Assembly: GCA_965243065.1 (NCBI GenBank)
Contig: CBDETO010000005.1
Span: 1,115,520 to 1,179,519, forward strand
Direction: 5' to 3'
DNA length: 64,000 nucleotides
Origin: Bdellovibrionales bacterium
GTDB lineage: Bacteria > Bdellovibrionota > Bdellovibrionia > Bdellovibrionales > UBA1609
The notes beneath the pieces were generated by a model, which saw only the letters and a program-made list of their open reading frames with translations, ran no database searches and was not told the origin of the DNA. The translations under genes were made by a program, and so were the position numbers. Positions 45,657 through 55,624 of the stretch are shown piece by piece; the first letter of the stretch is position 1, and the number at the start of each line of letters is the position of its first letter.

Positions 45657-46499
45657 CTATAATAAGACGATTATACCAACACGAGGTAAAAATCGAAAAA
45701 AAAGTTCTCTGCTAAACTGGCTGTAACTAGGACGGGCAGGAGCATTTTGACCCGGTTTCCATTGGAGGTCACGCAAAATAGGGTTGGGACCGTAATACAA
45801 TAAAACATCAATACCTATAGTGAGGGCAAAGTACCGATTAAAGTACAGTTTTTGCCCAATACCAAAATGACCAGCTGGAACCATAGCAATAGGGTTGGTC
45901 CCATGCTGCATACCCAAGGCACCAACCCCTAAAAAAGAATAAAGAGAAAAATTTAAAGCAAGGGTTTTAGTAATACTGATCTTTCCGTATAAAGGAGAAA
46001 ATTGATAATTTAAAAAAACGGCATATAGCGGATGCGGAGCCAGGCCGGCATCAAAATAAGATTCCACAATTTTCGTGTTTTTCTTTTTTACACCATCTTT
46101 TCTGAGTAGCACCCCTCTACTGGATAAACCAGGGAAAAAATACAAACCGGAAATACCCATTCCATGAGATTCATTCCAGTAAAAAGTAAGAGAGCTAAAC
46201 AAAGCAAGCCAGTGATATAAAGGCTCATCCGTACGAGCTCCACCGGAAACATGCCATTCGAGTCTATTAGATAAAGTGACATTACGGTTTAAGACCACTT
46301 TAGGATCTTCAAAAACCGGAAAAACATACTCCGAAGCCAACTCCTGATCAGGAAAACGAATAACATCCGACCCTGACGAAGAGGAGTACAAAACGAAAAA
46401 GAAAGAGTAAAAAAAAATGTTTTTTTTACTTATAAAAAAATAAAAAAACCGCAAGAAGATAAAAAACCTCCATCCTTGGCTTCTAAAAATCCAACCCAC
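45657..46499 (-). CDS. Outer-membrane beta-barrel protein (GltA/GltB-like paralogue)
   Basis: Paralogue of 44885-45649 (SPLYGKISITKTLALNFSLYSFLGVGALG). The exact start is uncertain. Confidence 0.55.
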   Translation of the reverse strand: MGWIFRSQGWRFFIFLRFFYFFISKKNIFFYSFFFVLYSSSSGSDVIRFPDQELASEYVFPVFEDPKVVLNRNVTLSNRLEWHVSGGARTDEPLYHWLALFSSLTFYWNESHGMGISGLYFFPGLSSRGVLLRKDGVKKKNTKIVESYFDAGLAPHPLYAVFLNYQFSPLYGKISITKTLALNFSLYSFLGVGALGMQHGTNPIAMVPAGHFGIGQKLYFNRYFALTIGIDVLLYYGPNPILRDLQWKPGQNAPARPSYSQFSRELFFRFLPRVGIIVLL

Positions 46500-46691
46500 C
46501 TGGCAAGACCTACCTTTAAATTTTCAATCAATTCGGCCTTTTTGACAAGTTTTGCTCCTATTTTATGCGTAGCTTCTTTATAGATTCCATGCAAAAAAGC
46601 ACAACAAAATGGGAAATAAACCAAATGAGTCGCTTTTTTGATTTCTTTTTCTCTATTTTCAGAAACTTTGATGAAAAAGATTCCCCTGTCT

Positions 46692-49439
46692 TCAAGCGGA
46701 TTGTTTGATCTGTAAAACCTCGTTTATAATTTCATGAACTTTCTGTCCGATTTCATCCTGAGAAACAGCAAATTGCCAGATTCCGTTTTCTTTATCTTGA
46801 TTGACTGCTTTAATCCATAGTTTCATATACTCCCACTTGGATTCATCTTTTGGTTTTTTAACTCCCTTAACTTCAAGAATAAGATGACTTTTGTCTGAAA
46901 GCCGAACAATAAAATCGGGAACATAATTACATAAAGCTCCATTATGAACATACTTTATTTCAAATCCTAAATGATCATTCTTTACCCAGGCTTCAACCTG
47001 GGGATTTCTATCTAATTCTCTGGCATGAGCTAATTCCCAAGCACTATCTACAACACATCTGTTGATATGTGTTTTCTTAAAAATATCTGTTTTTTTTCCA
47101 GTGCCCCATCTGATAGCCTCTTTTGTTGAGCGATATTTTGGGTTCTTATAAATAGAAACCAACTCTTCTAAATTTTGATGTGTAATGGTAAAACAAACTT
47201 TTCTTACAATTTGTTCCATCCCCATCATAATAGCTATTTTTCTCTTTGTTTCATCTTCATTAAAGGATGTTGGTTCAATTTGAAATTTATCAGAGTTTAA
47301 AAAAACTTCCACAATATGAAGTAATTGGGAAAAAGCAAACTCTTTGTTCACTTTCTTTTTCCAATCCAAACTAATTTGATCATACACAATAGCAGAGGCA
47401 GTAAATATCAATCTTTGCATACGCACATCTTTTTCTGTAATCAACTTTTCCATATCTATTGTTTTTATCTTCTCATAATTGGGCTGTCCATTTATTTCAG
47501 GAGCCATGTCCGCAATTTTTCTAATCTCTGAAATTCTTAAAGGTTCTACTTTATTAAAATCAACTTTTAATAAAGGCTTTAAATCAAAATCAATCCTTTC
47601 CACATTTGGCCAGGTGATTTTATATTCCTCTTTTTCAGGGTCAGGAAATATGGGAAGTTTTGGGGAAGCTGGTCTTGGGTTCCCGTCTTGTGATTCTTCT
47701 TGAGGAATAAAAGCAAAAGGAATACCAAAAATATTTACATATTCAGGGTCAAAAAAACCTTCTGTATTCAATTCGTAGGAAGTTCGTCTTAAACCTCTTC
47801 CTACAATTTGCTCACATAAAAGTTGACTGGAAAAGGCCCTTAATCCCATAATATGGGTTACTGTCTGGCAATTCCAACCTTCAGATAACATAGCCACAGA
47901 TATAACATGTCTTATTTGCTCTCCTGGTTTTCCTGTCTGTCCAACAGTGTTCACTTTTTCCCTTAGCTCTTTATCCTTTTCTTTGGAAAAATCCAAATCA
48001 GAATAAATAAGAGCTGTTTTATTTTTTTTGCATAGTTCAGGAATCGTGATTTTATTTTTCTCAAACATATAGTGTATTCTGTCTGCTGTTTCTTTTCTAT
48101 TAACTGCTGAAATCATCACTGGTGGTGTTGGCATTTTAGCTTTTTCCCAACTTTTCAGAGTCTTTTCCCAATCATGGGCTAAAAGTAAATAAGCATTTCT
48201 TACTAATCCCGGAAGTATCTCTTCTGGTTTAGCTTTCCCTGTTAAATTCTTTTTTACATCTTCATCATCGTAAATATGATAAAGTTTTGATTTTAAATTT
48301 TTTGGATTAACAGGCCCGTCATCCCGGACAACAAAACGGGGTGTTTTGGTCAAGCCGGATTCTACAGCATCCATTAAGCCAAAATCACTAACTATCCATG
48401 AGAACAAATCTTCTTTGTAAGAGGCTCTTCCTTTTGTTCCTGACGGAGCAAAAGGAGTGGCTGAAAAATCAAAACAGCTTAAAATGCCTCTGGCACGGTG
48501 AATCCGGTCAAGCCCTTGAATCCAACAGGTAGCCCTTTTTTCTTCTTCTTTATTAAGACCTCTTTGTTTCTCCTCACTTCTACTTCTCCAAGCATGATGA
48601 GCCTCATCGTTAATAACCAAAATGTTTTTTGCCCTATTCATATCACCTAAGACATCTCTAATATAGACTTCATCACTTAAAGCTCCTCTTTTATCTACAC
48701 TTTTCCTTTTTTGGATTGTCTCCTCACTATCCCACATAAGAGCATGCCAATTTTCAATACAGATTGTTCCTTGTCTCAAATTAGATAATAAATCATAAGG
48801 CACAATTTTTTTCTCTTCATAGTAATTGCTGGAGTTATTAAAATCCAAAACAGCAAGGCGGCTTTTTACTGTTAAATTGGGAGCCACTATAAACACATAC
48901 TTTGAAAATCTAGCATCTTGAGGATAAGCTATCTTATTTAAAATCTGCCAGGCAATAGTCATGGCCATGACATAAGTTTTCCCTGTGCCGGTAGCCATTT
49001 TCGTGCAAAGTCTTTCAAAATTCCCTCCATCTTTTGGAATCTCAATTCCCACTTTCTCTGAAGCATGAGCTTCTTTAAGCCAGATAAGGGTTTCCATAGC
49101 TTCTTTTTGACAGAAGAAAAACTCATAATCCCTGCCATCCGCTTTTTTTGTATTCCAAAAGTCTAAAAGCCTTTTTGTGATACCTGTCACTCCAGGATAA
49201 CCTTGGTCTCTCCATTTCTTCACTCGGGGACGGATTTTATTCACTAAAGGAAGCTCTATAAAATCACCGGCTTCCCTGTATTTTTTACTTTGAGAAGCAA
49301 TGACATACCCGGCAGGTCTTCGCCCTTCTTTTATAAAGTGCTTTCCTTTTGTTTTTTCAAATTCCCAGTGCTGATCCGGCTCCGCAAAAGGAGAGTTTAT
49401 AATCAGCTTATCAATTTTTTCTTTAAATTCTGTTTTCAT
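46692..49439 (-). CDS. res: Type III restriction enzyme Res subunit (SF2 helicase plus C-terminal PD-(D/E)xK nuclease)
   Basis: Motif I MATGTGKTYVMAM, motif II LVINDEAHHAW, motif VI QIVGRGLRR, C-terminal VPDFIVRLSDKSHLILEVKG. Confidence 0.85.
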   Translation of the reverse strand: MKTEFKEKIDKLIINSPFAEPDQHWEFEKTKGKHFIKEGRRPAGYVIASQSKKYREAGDFIELPLVNKIRPRVKKWRDQGYPGVTGITKRLLDFWNTKKADGRDYEFFFCQKEAMETLIWLKEAHASEKVGIEIPKDGGNFERLCTKMATGTGKTYVMAMTIAWQILNKIAYPQDARFSKYVFIVAPNLTVKSRLAVLDFNNSSNYYEEKKIVPYDLLSNLRQGTICIENWHALMWDSEETIQKRKSVDKRGALSDEVYIRDVLGDMNRAKNILVINDEAHHAWRSRSEEKQRGLNKEEEKRATCWIQGLDRIHRARGILSCFDFSATPFAPSGTKGRASYKEDLFSWIVSDFGLMDAVESGLTKTPRFVVRDDGPVNPKNLKSKLYHIYDDEDVKKNLTGKAKPEEILPGLVRNAYLLLAHDWEKTLKSWEKAKMPTPPVMISAVNRKETADRIHYMFEKNKITIPELCKKNKTALIYSDLDFSKEKDKELREKVNTVGQTGKPGEQIRHVISVAMLSEGWNCQTVTHIMGLRAFSSQLLCEQIVGRGLRRTSYELNTEGFFDPEYVNIFGIPFAFIPQEESQDGNPRPASPKLPIFPDPEKEEYKITWPNVERIDFDLKPLLKVDFNKVEPLRISEIRKIADMAPEINGQPNYEKIKTIDMEKLITEKDVRMQRLIFTASAIVYDQISLDWKKKVNKEFAFSQLLHIVEVFLNSDKFQIEPTSFNEDETKRKIAIMMGMEQIVRKVCFTITHQNLEELVSIYKNPKYRSTKEAIRWGTGKKTDIFKKTHINRCVVDSAWELAHARELDRNPQVEAWVKNDHLGFEIKYVHNGALCNYVPDFIVRLSDKSHLILEVKGVKKPKDESKWEYMKLWIKAVNQDKENGIWQFAVSQDEIGQKVHEIINEVLQIKQSA

Positions 49440-49472
49440 TTATTATCTCCAAATATATAAAGTTCTTAAAAA

Positions 49473-50282
49473 TCATGCGGCATATCTTTTAATGTCTGAT
49501 ATTCCTTCTTTGTTAAAGTCATTTAGATTAGGATATTGTTTGTCTGCATTTCTGGTAAGATATATAAGGTCTTTATTTCCTAAATTTTGTATATCTTCGT
49601 GCACTACTAAACTAAAAAAAGGAAGAGATGCTTTTTTGAACTCCAATAAAGCTATAGTTGCCTCTTTTGCTTTGCCACTTCCAGTAACACCAAATAGATA
49701 AAACTGGCGGTTTTTCCAATTTAAAGACCAATCTACTTTAAACACAGAAGTTTCTTTTTCTTTTATTGGTGTCTTATCTGACAGAGGAGCTATATTAGGT
49801 CGTGGATTAAATTCTTCTAACTCTTTTAAAATAAAGCCTTTTAAATCTTTATAAAAAGAGGAATGTATCATTTCTTTATTCCAATAATCCATACTGCAAA
49901 CTTTTTGAATACAACCTGCAAATTGAAAAATACTCTCATAAAGTCTATCAAAATGAGAGTCCAAATAAAGATTTCCATTGTCATTTTGAATACCATTATT
50001 AGATAGAATGCTATTAAAAATTTTTTTCTTTGAAGGGGTATTGATTTCATAATTGTAAGAAAGGCGCATCAATGCCATACCAAAATCACATATACGAATA
50101 TAGCTCGCGCCTTTTGAGCTTTTCTGTAAATAAATATCCACCATATCCCCATCTTCATGGAGGATAGGGGCTATTAGTTGATATTTCCCTGATCGCCTCT
50201 CATCAATATTAAAACTTGTTTTTATTCTATTCAGTGAATTTAGTATTTTTTCAGTATCCATTGAAAAGCCTCCTTTGCTCAA
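49473..50282 (-). CDS. DUF1828/DUF1829-like protein embedded in the Type III R-M operon
   Basis: N-terminal YQLIAPILHEDGDMVDIYLQK fits my recollection of DUF1828. Ends 33 nt upstream of the res start. Confidence 0.5.
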   Translation of the reverse strand: MSKGGFSMDTEKILNSLNRIKTSFNIDERRSGKYQLIAPILHEDGDMVDIYLQKSSKGASYIRICDFGMALMRLSYNYEINTPSKKKIFNSILSNNGIQNDNGNLYLDSHFDRLYESIFQFAGCIQKVCSMDYWNKEMIHSSFYKDLKGFILKELEEFNPRPNIAPLSDKTPIKEKETSVFKVDWSLNWKNRQFYLFGVTGSGKAKEATIALLEFKKASLPFFSLVVHEDIQNLGNKDLIYLTRNADKQYPNLNDFNKEGISDIKRYAA

Positions 50283-50421
50283 GTTCGGGAAAATACTCTC
50301 TCCAATTAGTTACTTTCATATCAATTAAAAAAACTCTCAATCCCTCTTCAAAGGTGCTGTATTTGTCTGTTATTTTTATGTTCTTCGCTTTAGGGTTAAA
50401 GGCACCAGATTTTATTTCCTC

Positions 50422-50796
50422 TTAAGTGATGTAATGAATATGAGGCTCCGGGTGATGATCTGACTTGTTTCTTTTTATTTGTCCATGAGGCCCGTTATAA
50501 CGAACAAGCGTCACAGAGCTTTTCAGAGACGGAATTTGACAGCGTAAACCAATGGAAAAGTTCTCTATAAAAGCTTGATTCTGACGGATAAAAATTATAA
50601 ATTTTATAGATTCATTTTGTCCTGTAAAATTTATGCGATTTGAAGAATCCTGAATCCTCATAAGAGGCTGATGTAAAGACAAAATCAGGTCACATTTTTT
50701 GTGTCCATTTTCATTTTTGTATCCTATTTTCGGATCTTTTTTATGAATCTTTTTTTGAGCTTTTATTAAATTCTGAATTTCTGTATCTGTAAGCAT
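50422..50796 (-). CDS. Small hypothetical protein with a His-rich C-terminus, embedded in the Type III R-M operon
   Basis: 124-aa ORF ending ...RYNGPHGQIKRNKSDHHPEPHIHYIT. No family recognised. Confidence 0.45.
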   Translation of the reverse strand: MLTDTEIQNLIKAQKKIHKKDPKIGYKNENGHKKCDLILSLHQPLMRIQDSSNRINFTGQNESIKFIIFIRQNQAFIENFSIGLRCQIPSLKSSVTLVRYNGPHGQIKRNKSDHHPEPHIHYIT

Positions 50797-50950
50797 TTCA
50801 CTGTCTCCTTCAGAGTGTTATATATTTGAATCCTTTGCCCTGAATGTTTTTTTGGAGAAGCAATCCAACAGGATAGATGTGAAAGTCTTCAAAAAAACCG
50901 GCTTTCACTCATTCTCCAATAATAAGTTTAATAGAAGTTTCCATCTTGTA

Positions 50951-53563
50951 TCAAGCGGCTGTTTTTGTCTTTTTTAAGCCGTTTGCTTTATGTTTTGGAA
51001 AATTCAAGACTTTTAAAGATTCAATACCTCTGTCATCAATAATTTTAACGGCCATTTTCTTATTCTTTCCCTGTTTAAATGGAAGAGATTTTGTCCCCCT
51101 GTATTTTTCAATTAAATTCTCGTCTATCTCTGATTTTAAACTTTTGGCTAATTTTGTCCAGCCGTCGCTTTTCCCTGCCATAGGAAAAAACACTTGCTTT
51201 GGAAAAACAGCCCTGCCGTCATAATCTGTATCCAAAATCCACATGGAGATTTTATTTTTTCCTCCTGATTCAATGGCTCCCGATGAAGGATTGTAATAGT
51301 CCCACCCATGAACCTCAACAGTGTATTCATCTTTTTTCGGGTTATTTTTTACTTCCACATCAGGAGAACCAATGAGCCAGAAGCTATCGTTGGAAGTTTT
51401 CTTTTTTAAGTCGGAAGTCTGTAAGTCCATATTCATTTGGATTTGAACGGCCTTTGGATTTTTTTGACTCTGTTCACTGATAAGCCTTGAGGCTTCCGGG
51501 TCAAAATAGAAAGCGGCAAAAACCAAAATATCCGGCTTTGCTTTTTTTTCTTTCAGTTCCTTTAAAGCCAACTCCACCTGTCTTTTATCCAATGGAGAAT
51601 GTTCTGATCCAAAAGAGATGATGACATTTCTTGGGTTTTTTGTTTCTCCTTCCGCATGTAGATATTTAAAACCGGATAGTTTTTCCAATCTTACAAAATT
51701 CATATCCGTTGCGATTCCTTTTTTCCCTCTGATGCCTGACTTTCTCACTTCATCTAGCCATTCATATTTGAAAGAAGTCTTTTTTTCCTGTCCCACACCA
51801 TGAACAACTTGAGAAGGAACAGCTTCCACAGTAAATGGGCCTGTCACTCTGGCTTTTTTACTGTCTTTAAGAGGTTGATCATAAAGGACTTCCTCTTTTG
51901 GGGGCTCGTTATTGGCAATGGATTTTAAAGTAATATGAGGAACAGTCTTATACTGAAAACCGGAGCTGATGCCTTCATCTTGATTTTTTAATTTATAATA
52001 GTCAAAGACAGAAGTCATAAGTCTTTGTTTTGCCAAAGTAATAGCTATCCGTGAAGTGTCACAGGTGATCCAGCGCCGCCCCCACTTTTCTGCCACATAA
52101 GCTGTCGTGCCACTTCCGCAGGTGGGATCAAAAATAATATCCCCTGGATCTGTGGTCATTAAAAGACATCTCTGAATAACTTTTTCCGAAGTTTGAACAA
52201 CATATATTTTACTAGATGCCCCAGATAAATCTGTCCAAATATTTGTAATTTCTTTATAGGGGAAATCTTCTAAGTAATATTTGTATCTAAGTACAGATTT
52301 CCCTGCAAAAATTCGATCTGCATCTAAAAGTCTCTTCATACCTTCTTTTGTTGTTTTCCAACCTCTTCCACTGGTTGGAAACCATTCTTTTCCATTAAAT
52401 TTGACAGGGTAAATACATTTTTCATTAGGTCCCGCAGCTACAAGAGTTATATTAGCAAAAGGATTTTTACCGGAAGGAATTAATTTTGGATTTTTTTTCT
52501 CTTCATCTGTTAATTTCCTATATGAACCATTAGATGTGGAAATTGTATCATAATAAGCATCATCCACTAGTGTTTTTTCTGTAAATAGGCGATGAAATTT
52601 ACATTTTTCAGAGTCTTTTGCATACCAACAAATGAAATCGCATATGTGTGGAACATATTTAGAACCAAGTGGGGCACTAGTTCTATAAACAATATGTCCC
52701 ATCCGATTTTTTCTACCAAAAACTTCATCCATTAAATTTTGGATTAAATGAACATTCTTATCAGAAATTTGAACAAAACAAGAGCCACTTTCTGTCAGCA
52801 ATTCCTTTGCTAATAACAGTCTGTCTCTTAAGTAGGTCAAATAAGAATGAATACCAAGTTCCCAAGTATCACGAAAAGCTTTCAGCATTTCCGGTTCTGC
52901 TGTAAGATCTTCATCTTTTTTATCCTTTACCTCTCTTTTATTTGTAAAAGGCTGAAAATTAGAACCGTATTTAATTCCATAGGGGGGGTCAATATATATA
53001 CATTGGATTTTTCCAGCCATACCTTCTTTTTGAAGGAGAGAGTTCATCACCAAAAGAGAATCCCCAGCAATCAAGCGATTGCTCCAATTTTTGTCATGCT
53101 GATAAAAATCTATGGCTTCATTTTCAGGAATGATCTGCTCTTTTTTAAAGAGAGAAAGCTGCTCATAATTTACAGAGTTTGTTTTTCTTACTTTCTCAAT
53201 AATAGCTCTGGAATCTATTTTCTCATGAGTATGAAGAGAAACTGTCGACACCTCAAAAGAGGTTCGTTCCGCTTTGCCCGACCAGTTTAAATAAGGCTCC
53301 TGCATTTTTTGTAATTTTTCAAGAGCGGTTTTAGCCTCTTGCTCAGAACCAGAAAGCCCCTCATCAAGGATTTTTTCAACTTTTGCTCTTTGCGGATCAA
53401 ATTTGAGTTCCGGGGAAATGTGCTCATCAAAGGCATATTTTTTCTTTTCAGTTTTAAGCGGTTCTGTTTTGTTACTGACAAGGCCAATCGGGGGATTATT
53501 CTTTCTTTTTTTCTTCTTGTGTTTAAATTGTGTAATATCAATTTTTCTGTCTGGTTTTCCCAT
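50951..53563 (-). CDS. mod: Type III-like N6-adenine/N4-cytosine DNA methyltransferase Mod subunit
   Basis: Motif IV IYIDPPYG and motif I FDPTCGSGTTAYVAEKWGRRWITCD (beta-class order). N-terminal PYLNWSGKAE...LHTHEKI is typical of this group. Confidence 0.85.
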   Translation of the reverse strand: MGKPDRKIDITQFKHKKKKRKNNPPIGLVSNKTEPLKTEKKKYAFDEHISPELKFDPQRAKVEKILDEGLSGSEQEAKTALEKLQKMQEPYLNWSGKAERTSFEVSTVSLHTHEKIDSRAIIEKVRKTNSVNYEQLSLFKKEQIIPENEAIDFYQHDKNWSNRLIAGDSLLVMNSLLQKEGMAGKIQCIYIDPPYGIKYGSNFQPFTNKREVKDKKDEDLTAEPEMLKAFRDTWELGIHSYLTYLRDRLLLAKELLTESGSCFVQISDKNVHLIQNLMDEVFGRKNRMGHIVYRTSAPLGSKYVPHICDFICWYAKDSEKCKFHRLFTEKTLVDDAYYDTISTSNGSYRKLTDEEKKNPKLIPSGKNPFANITLVAAGPNEKCIYPVKFNGKEWFPTSGRGWKTTKEGMKRLLDADRIFAGKSVLRYKYYLEDFPYKEITNIWTDLSGASSKIYVVQTSEKVIQRCLLMTTDPGDIIFDPTCGSGTTAYVAEKWGRRWITCDTSRIAITLAKQRLMTSVFDYYKLKNQDEGISSGFQYKTVPHITLKSIANNEPPKEEVLYDQPLKDSKKARVTGPFTVEAVPSQVVHGVGQEKKTSFKYEWLDEVRKSGIRGKKGIATDMNFVRLEKLSGFKYLHAEGETKNPRNVIISFGSEHSPLDKRQVELALKELKEKKAKPDILVFAAFYFDPEASRLISEQSQKNPKAVQIQMNMDLQTSDLKKKTSNDSFWLIGSPDVEVKNNPKKDEYTVEVHGWDYYNPSSGAIESGGKNKISMWILDTDYDGRAVFPKQVFFPMAGKSDGWTKLAKSLKSEIDENLIEKYRGTKSLPFKQGKNKKMAVKIIDDRGIESLKVLNFPKHKANGLKKTKTAA

Positions 53564-53718
53564 AGTTTTGCCCCTTCCGACTTCCGATCGGAGGGACCTG
53601 AAATGAACTTTATAGGCATAAGGACCTGTTTTTATTCAAGGTTTTGAAATAAGATGTCTGTAAGGGGTAAGTTTACAACACTAGGGGCTTATATCTCCTG
53701 AAGACTGCTCCTTATCTA

Positions 53719-54130
53719 CTAATTCACTGAAGACTCTTTTTGATGTAAAAAACCCATAAGAGTCTCATAAAGCGGACGAATTATTTTTTGAATAGTTTTA
53801 TTTTCTTTTTCGTCTTTTAATAAAAATGTGAGATAGTTCCCATCTCCTGAAGCTGGTTCAGGATGAGAAGGGGTGAATAAAGTAGTGTCAAAAGTTTTTA
53901 CTTTAGGAACAATAAACTTATCTCTTTCTTTATGATAAAAACCGGCCACAAGAATTTTCTTGAATATAGCGTTTTTTGTCAAATAGCCACTTTGAGGGTT
54001 TGGTTGCCATTTACTCTCCTGGATAACACGACTTACTTTCGCCATCACGGAAAATACCCTCTGATGACTTTCCCTATCTATCCAAAGTTGGTCAGTACCT
54101 TGTTTATTATCCATGATGCTATATCTTGTT
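53719..54130 (-). pseudogene. Internally deleted paralogue of the 9265-12594 HExxH protein (C-terminal ~130 aa only)
   Basis: SIMDNKQGTDQLWIDRESHQRVFSVMAKVSRVIQESKWQP...ETLMGFLHQKE is about 85% identical to residues encoded at about 12040-12430. The upstream leader is also shared. Confidence 0.85.
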
Positions 54131-54267
54131 TCGAATCCACCCCCTAAGGAAAAAAACAAAAAAAAGGTAGAGAAGATATACTGATCTTGTTTGATCCCCC
54201 TCCCCCCCTTTTTCGTGGACAAACTTCGCGGGGACATGCTGTGTGGTTTCTTTAAGCTTTTTCCTAA

Positions 54268-54339
54268 TCCGGTAAAACGATTTTCCAAATTCCATTGGCT
54301 TTGCCCATGACGAATTAAAATTAAATTATAAGAAGACAC
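54268..54339 (-). pseudogene. gpmA: 5' stub of phosphoglycerate mutase gpmA (about 24 codons)
   Basis: MSSYNLILIRHGQSQWNLENRFTG is the canonical GpmA N-terminus (RHG catalytic motif). The sequence then switches abruptly to the repeat TTAGGAAAAAGCTTAAAGAAACCA. Confidence 0.7.
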
Positions 54340-54601
54340 ATATAAAACCCCGAATTAAGTGTTCCCGTCCTCGCAGGAGTGGGGATTAAACAAGATCAGT
54401 ATATCTTACTACCCATATCCTGGCAAAATATCTAAAAAGACCCAAAAGAAAGATGAGGCACAACGGGGGACTCCGATCTCAGAACAAAACAAGGAGGATA
54501 CATTCTGCTCTTGACAATCAAAGCCCTAAAGAGTATAAAAAATGATACCTACCAACTGTCCACTTTTCAGGGACGATCCATTTCTTATTCAAAGGGGTAA
54601 G

Positions 54602-54814
54602 ATGAAGCTTGCTCTAATAACAATAGCTTTATATTTGTTTCTTCTTTCATGTGTTAAGGATAGTTGTGATATATTTTTCACTGATCTTCTAGGTGCTATA
54701 AAAGAAGGAAAAGATTGTAACACGATAGCATCTTGTGGAAATGGTGGTGTAGATGAAAATTTATTGAAACTATGTCTAAAAGAGAAAGAAAAACTAAAAA
54801 CTAAAAATAAGTAG
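54602..54814 (+). CDS. Small Cys-rich lipoprotein candidate
   Basis: MKLALITIALYLFLLSC lipobox, 70 aa with 6 Cys. Confidence 0.35.
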   Translation: MKLALITIALYLFLLSCVKDSCDIFFTDLLGAIKEGKDCNTIASCGNGGVDENLLKLCLKEKEKLKTKNK

Positions 54815-54851
54815 TTATATTTTTTCAAAATCTATTAAACTAATGAAATTT

Positions 54852-55624
54852 TTACGGACATATACCCACTTGACAACCATGAAAAGGAGAAATAGCAGTT
54901 GGACTTCTCCTATCTTCTAAATCTATATGAAGGCTCAACAATATTTCAATATCTTCTTTAGTAGGGCGATATATTGTATGCCATATAAAATTATTAAATT
55001 TATACATAAGCGGATTAGATGTGTTTTCATGATGGTTAAGTCCAATTGCATGACCTAATTCATGCAACATTACTGTAATAAAGAAAAATGCCCCTGTTTG
55101 TATTCAACTTCTCCATCATAAAGATCTGCTTCTGGGTTTATTGTTATCAGGTATTCCTTTTGAAAAAAGTTCAAATAATGTTCTGGTTGATATTTTCCTG
55201 CTCTTCTTTTTCTTTCTGCTTCTTCCTTAAATTCTGTAAACTTTGACTCAGTAATAAATAGATATCTTTCTCTCCATCTAAAGTTCATTCTATAATAGAA
55301 GTTATCTTTTGGACATCTGTCTGAACCATCTAAATTAAATAATATTTTAAATAATTGATAGTCTGGGATATTTTCTCCTAGGTCACTTTTGTAAAGTATT
55401 CCTTCTTTTATTAAATGAGACACATGGTTTTTATAAGCTCTATTCCATATATCCATAGCTTGTCTAATAAGGTATTTTCTCCTTTCATTTATTTTAGGAT
55501 CAATACATACATATATAGGGAAAGTGCGCGGAATACCTTGTGGTAGTTTTTCTAAGTAATTGTTATTTGGATAATGACATAGTAGCAACTGGATTCCCGC
55601 TTTCGCGGAACTGAAAGCCACCAA
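54852..55624 (-). pseudogene. Metzincin-like zinc metalloprotease, frameshifted and N-terminally truncated
   Basis: The downstream ORF begins MLHELGHAIGLNHH (HExxHxxGxxH). Its frame continues upstream as GAFFFITV past a T-run while the upstream ORF stops at TAA (TAATG junction). The 5' end of the upstream ORF is read out of a family-1 palindrome (SSAKAGIQ). Confidence 0.65.

Noticed and set aside
52847-53647. Alternative-frame ORFs inside or overlapping mod (52847-53290 +, 53287-53619 -, 53339-53647 +, 53403-53606 +)
   Set aside because: They overlap the methyltransferase gene, which carries clear catalytic motifs. They are Lys/Phe-rich frames typical of AT-rich antisense or off-frame readings.
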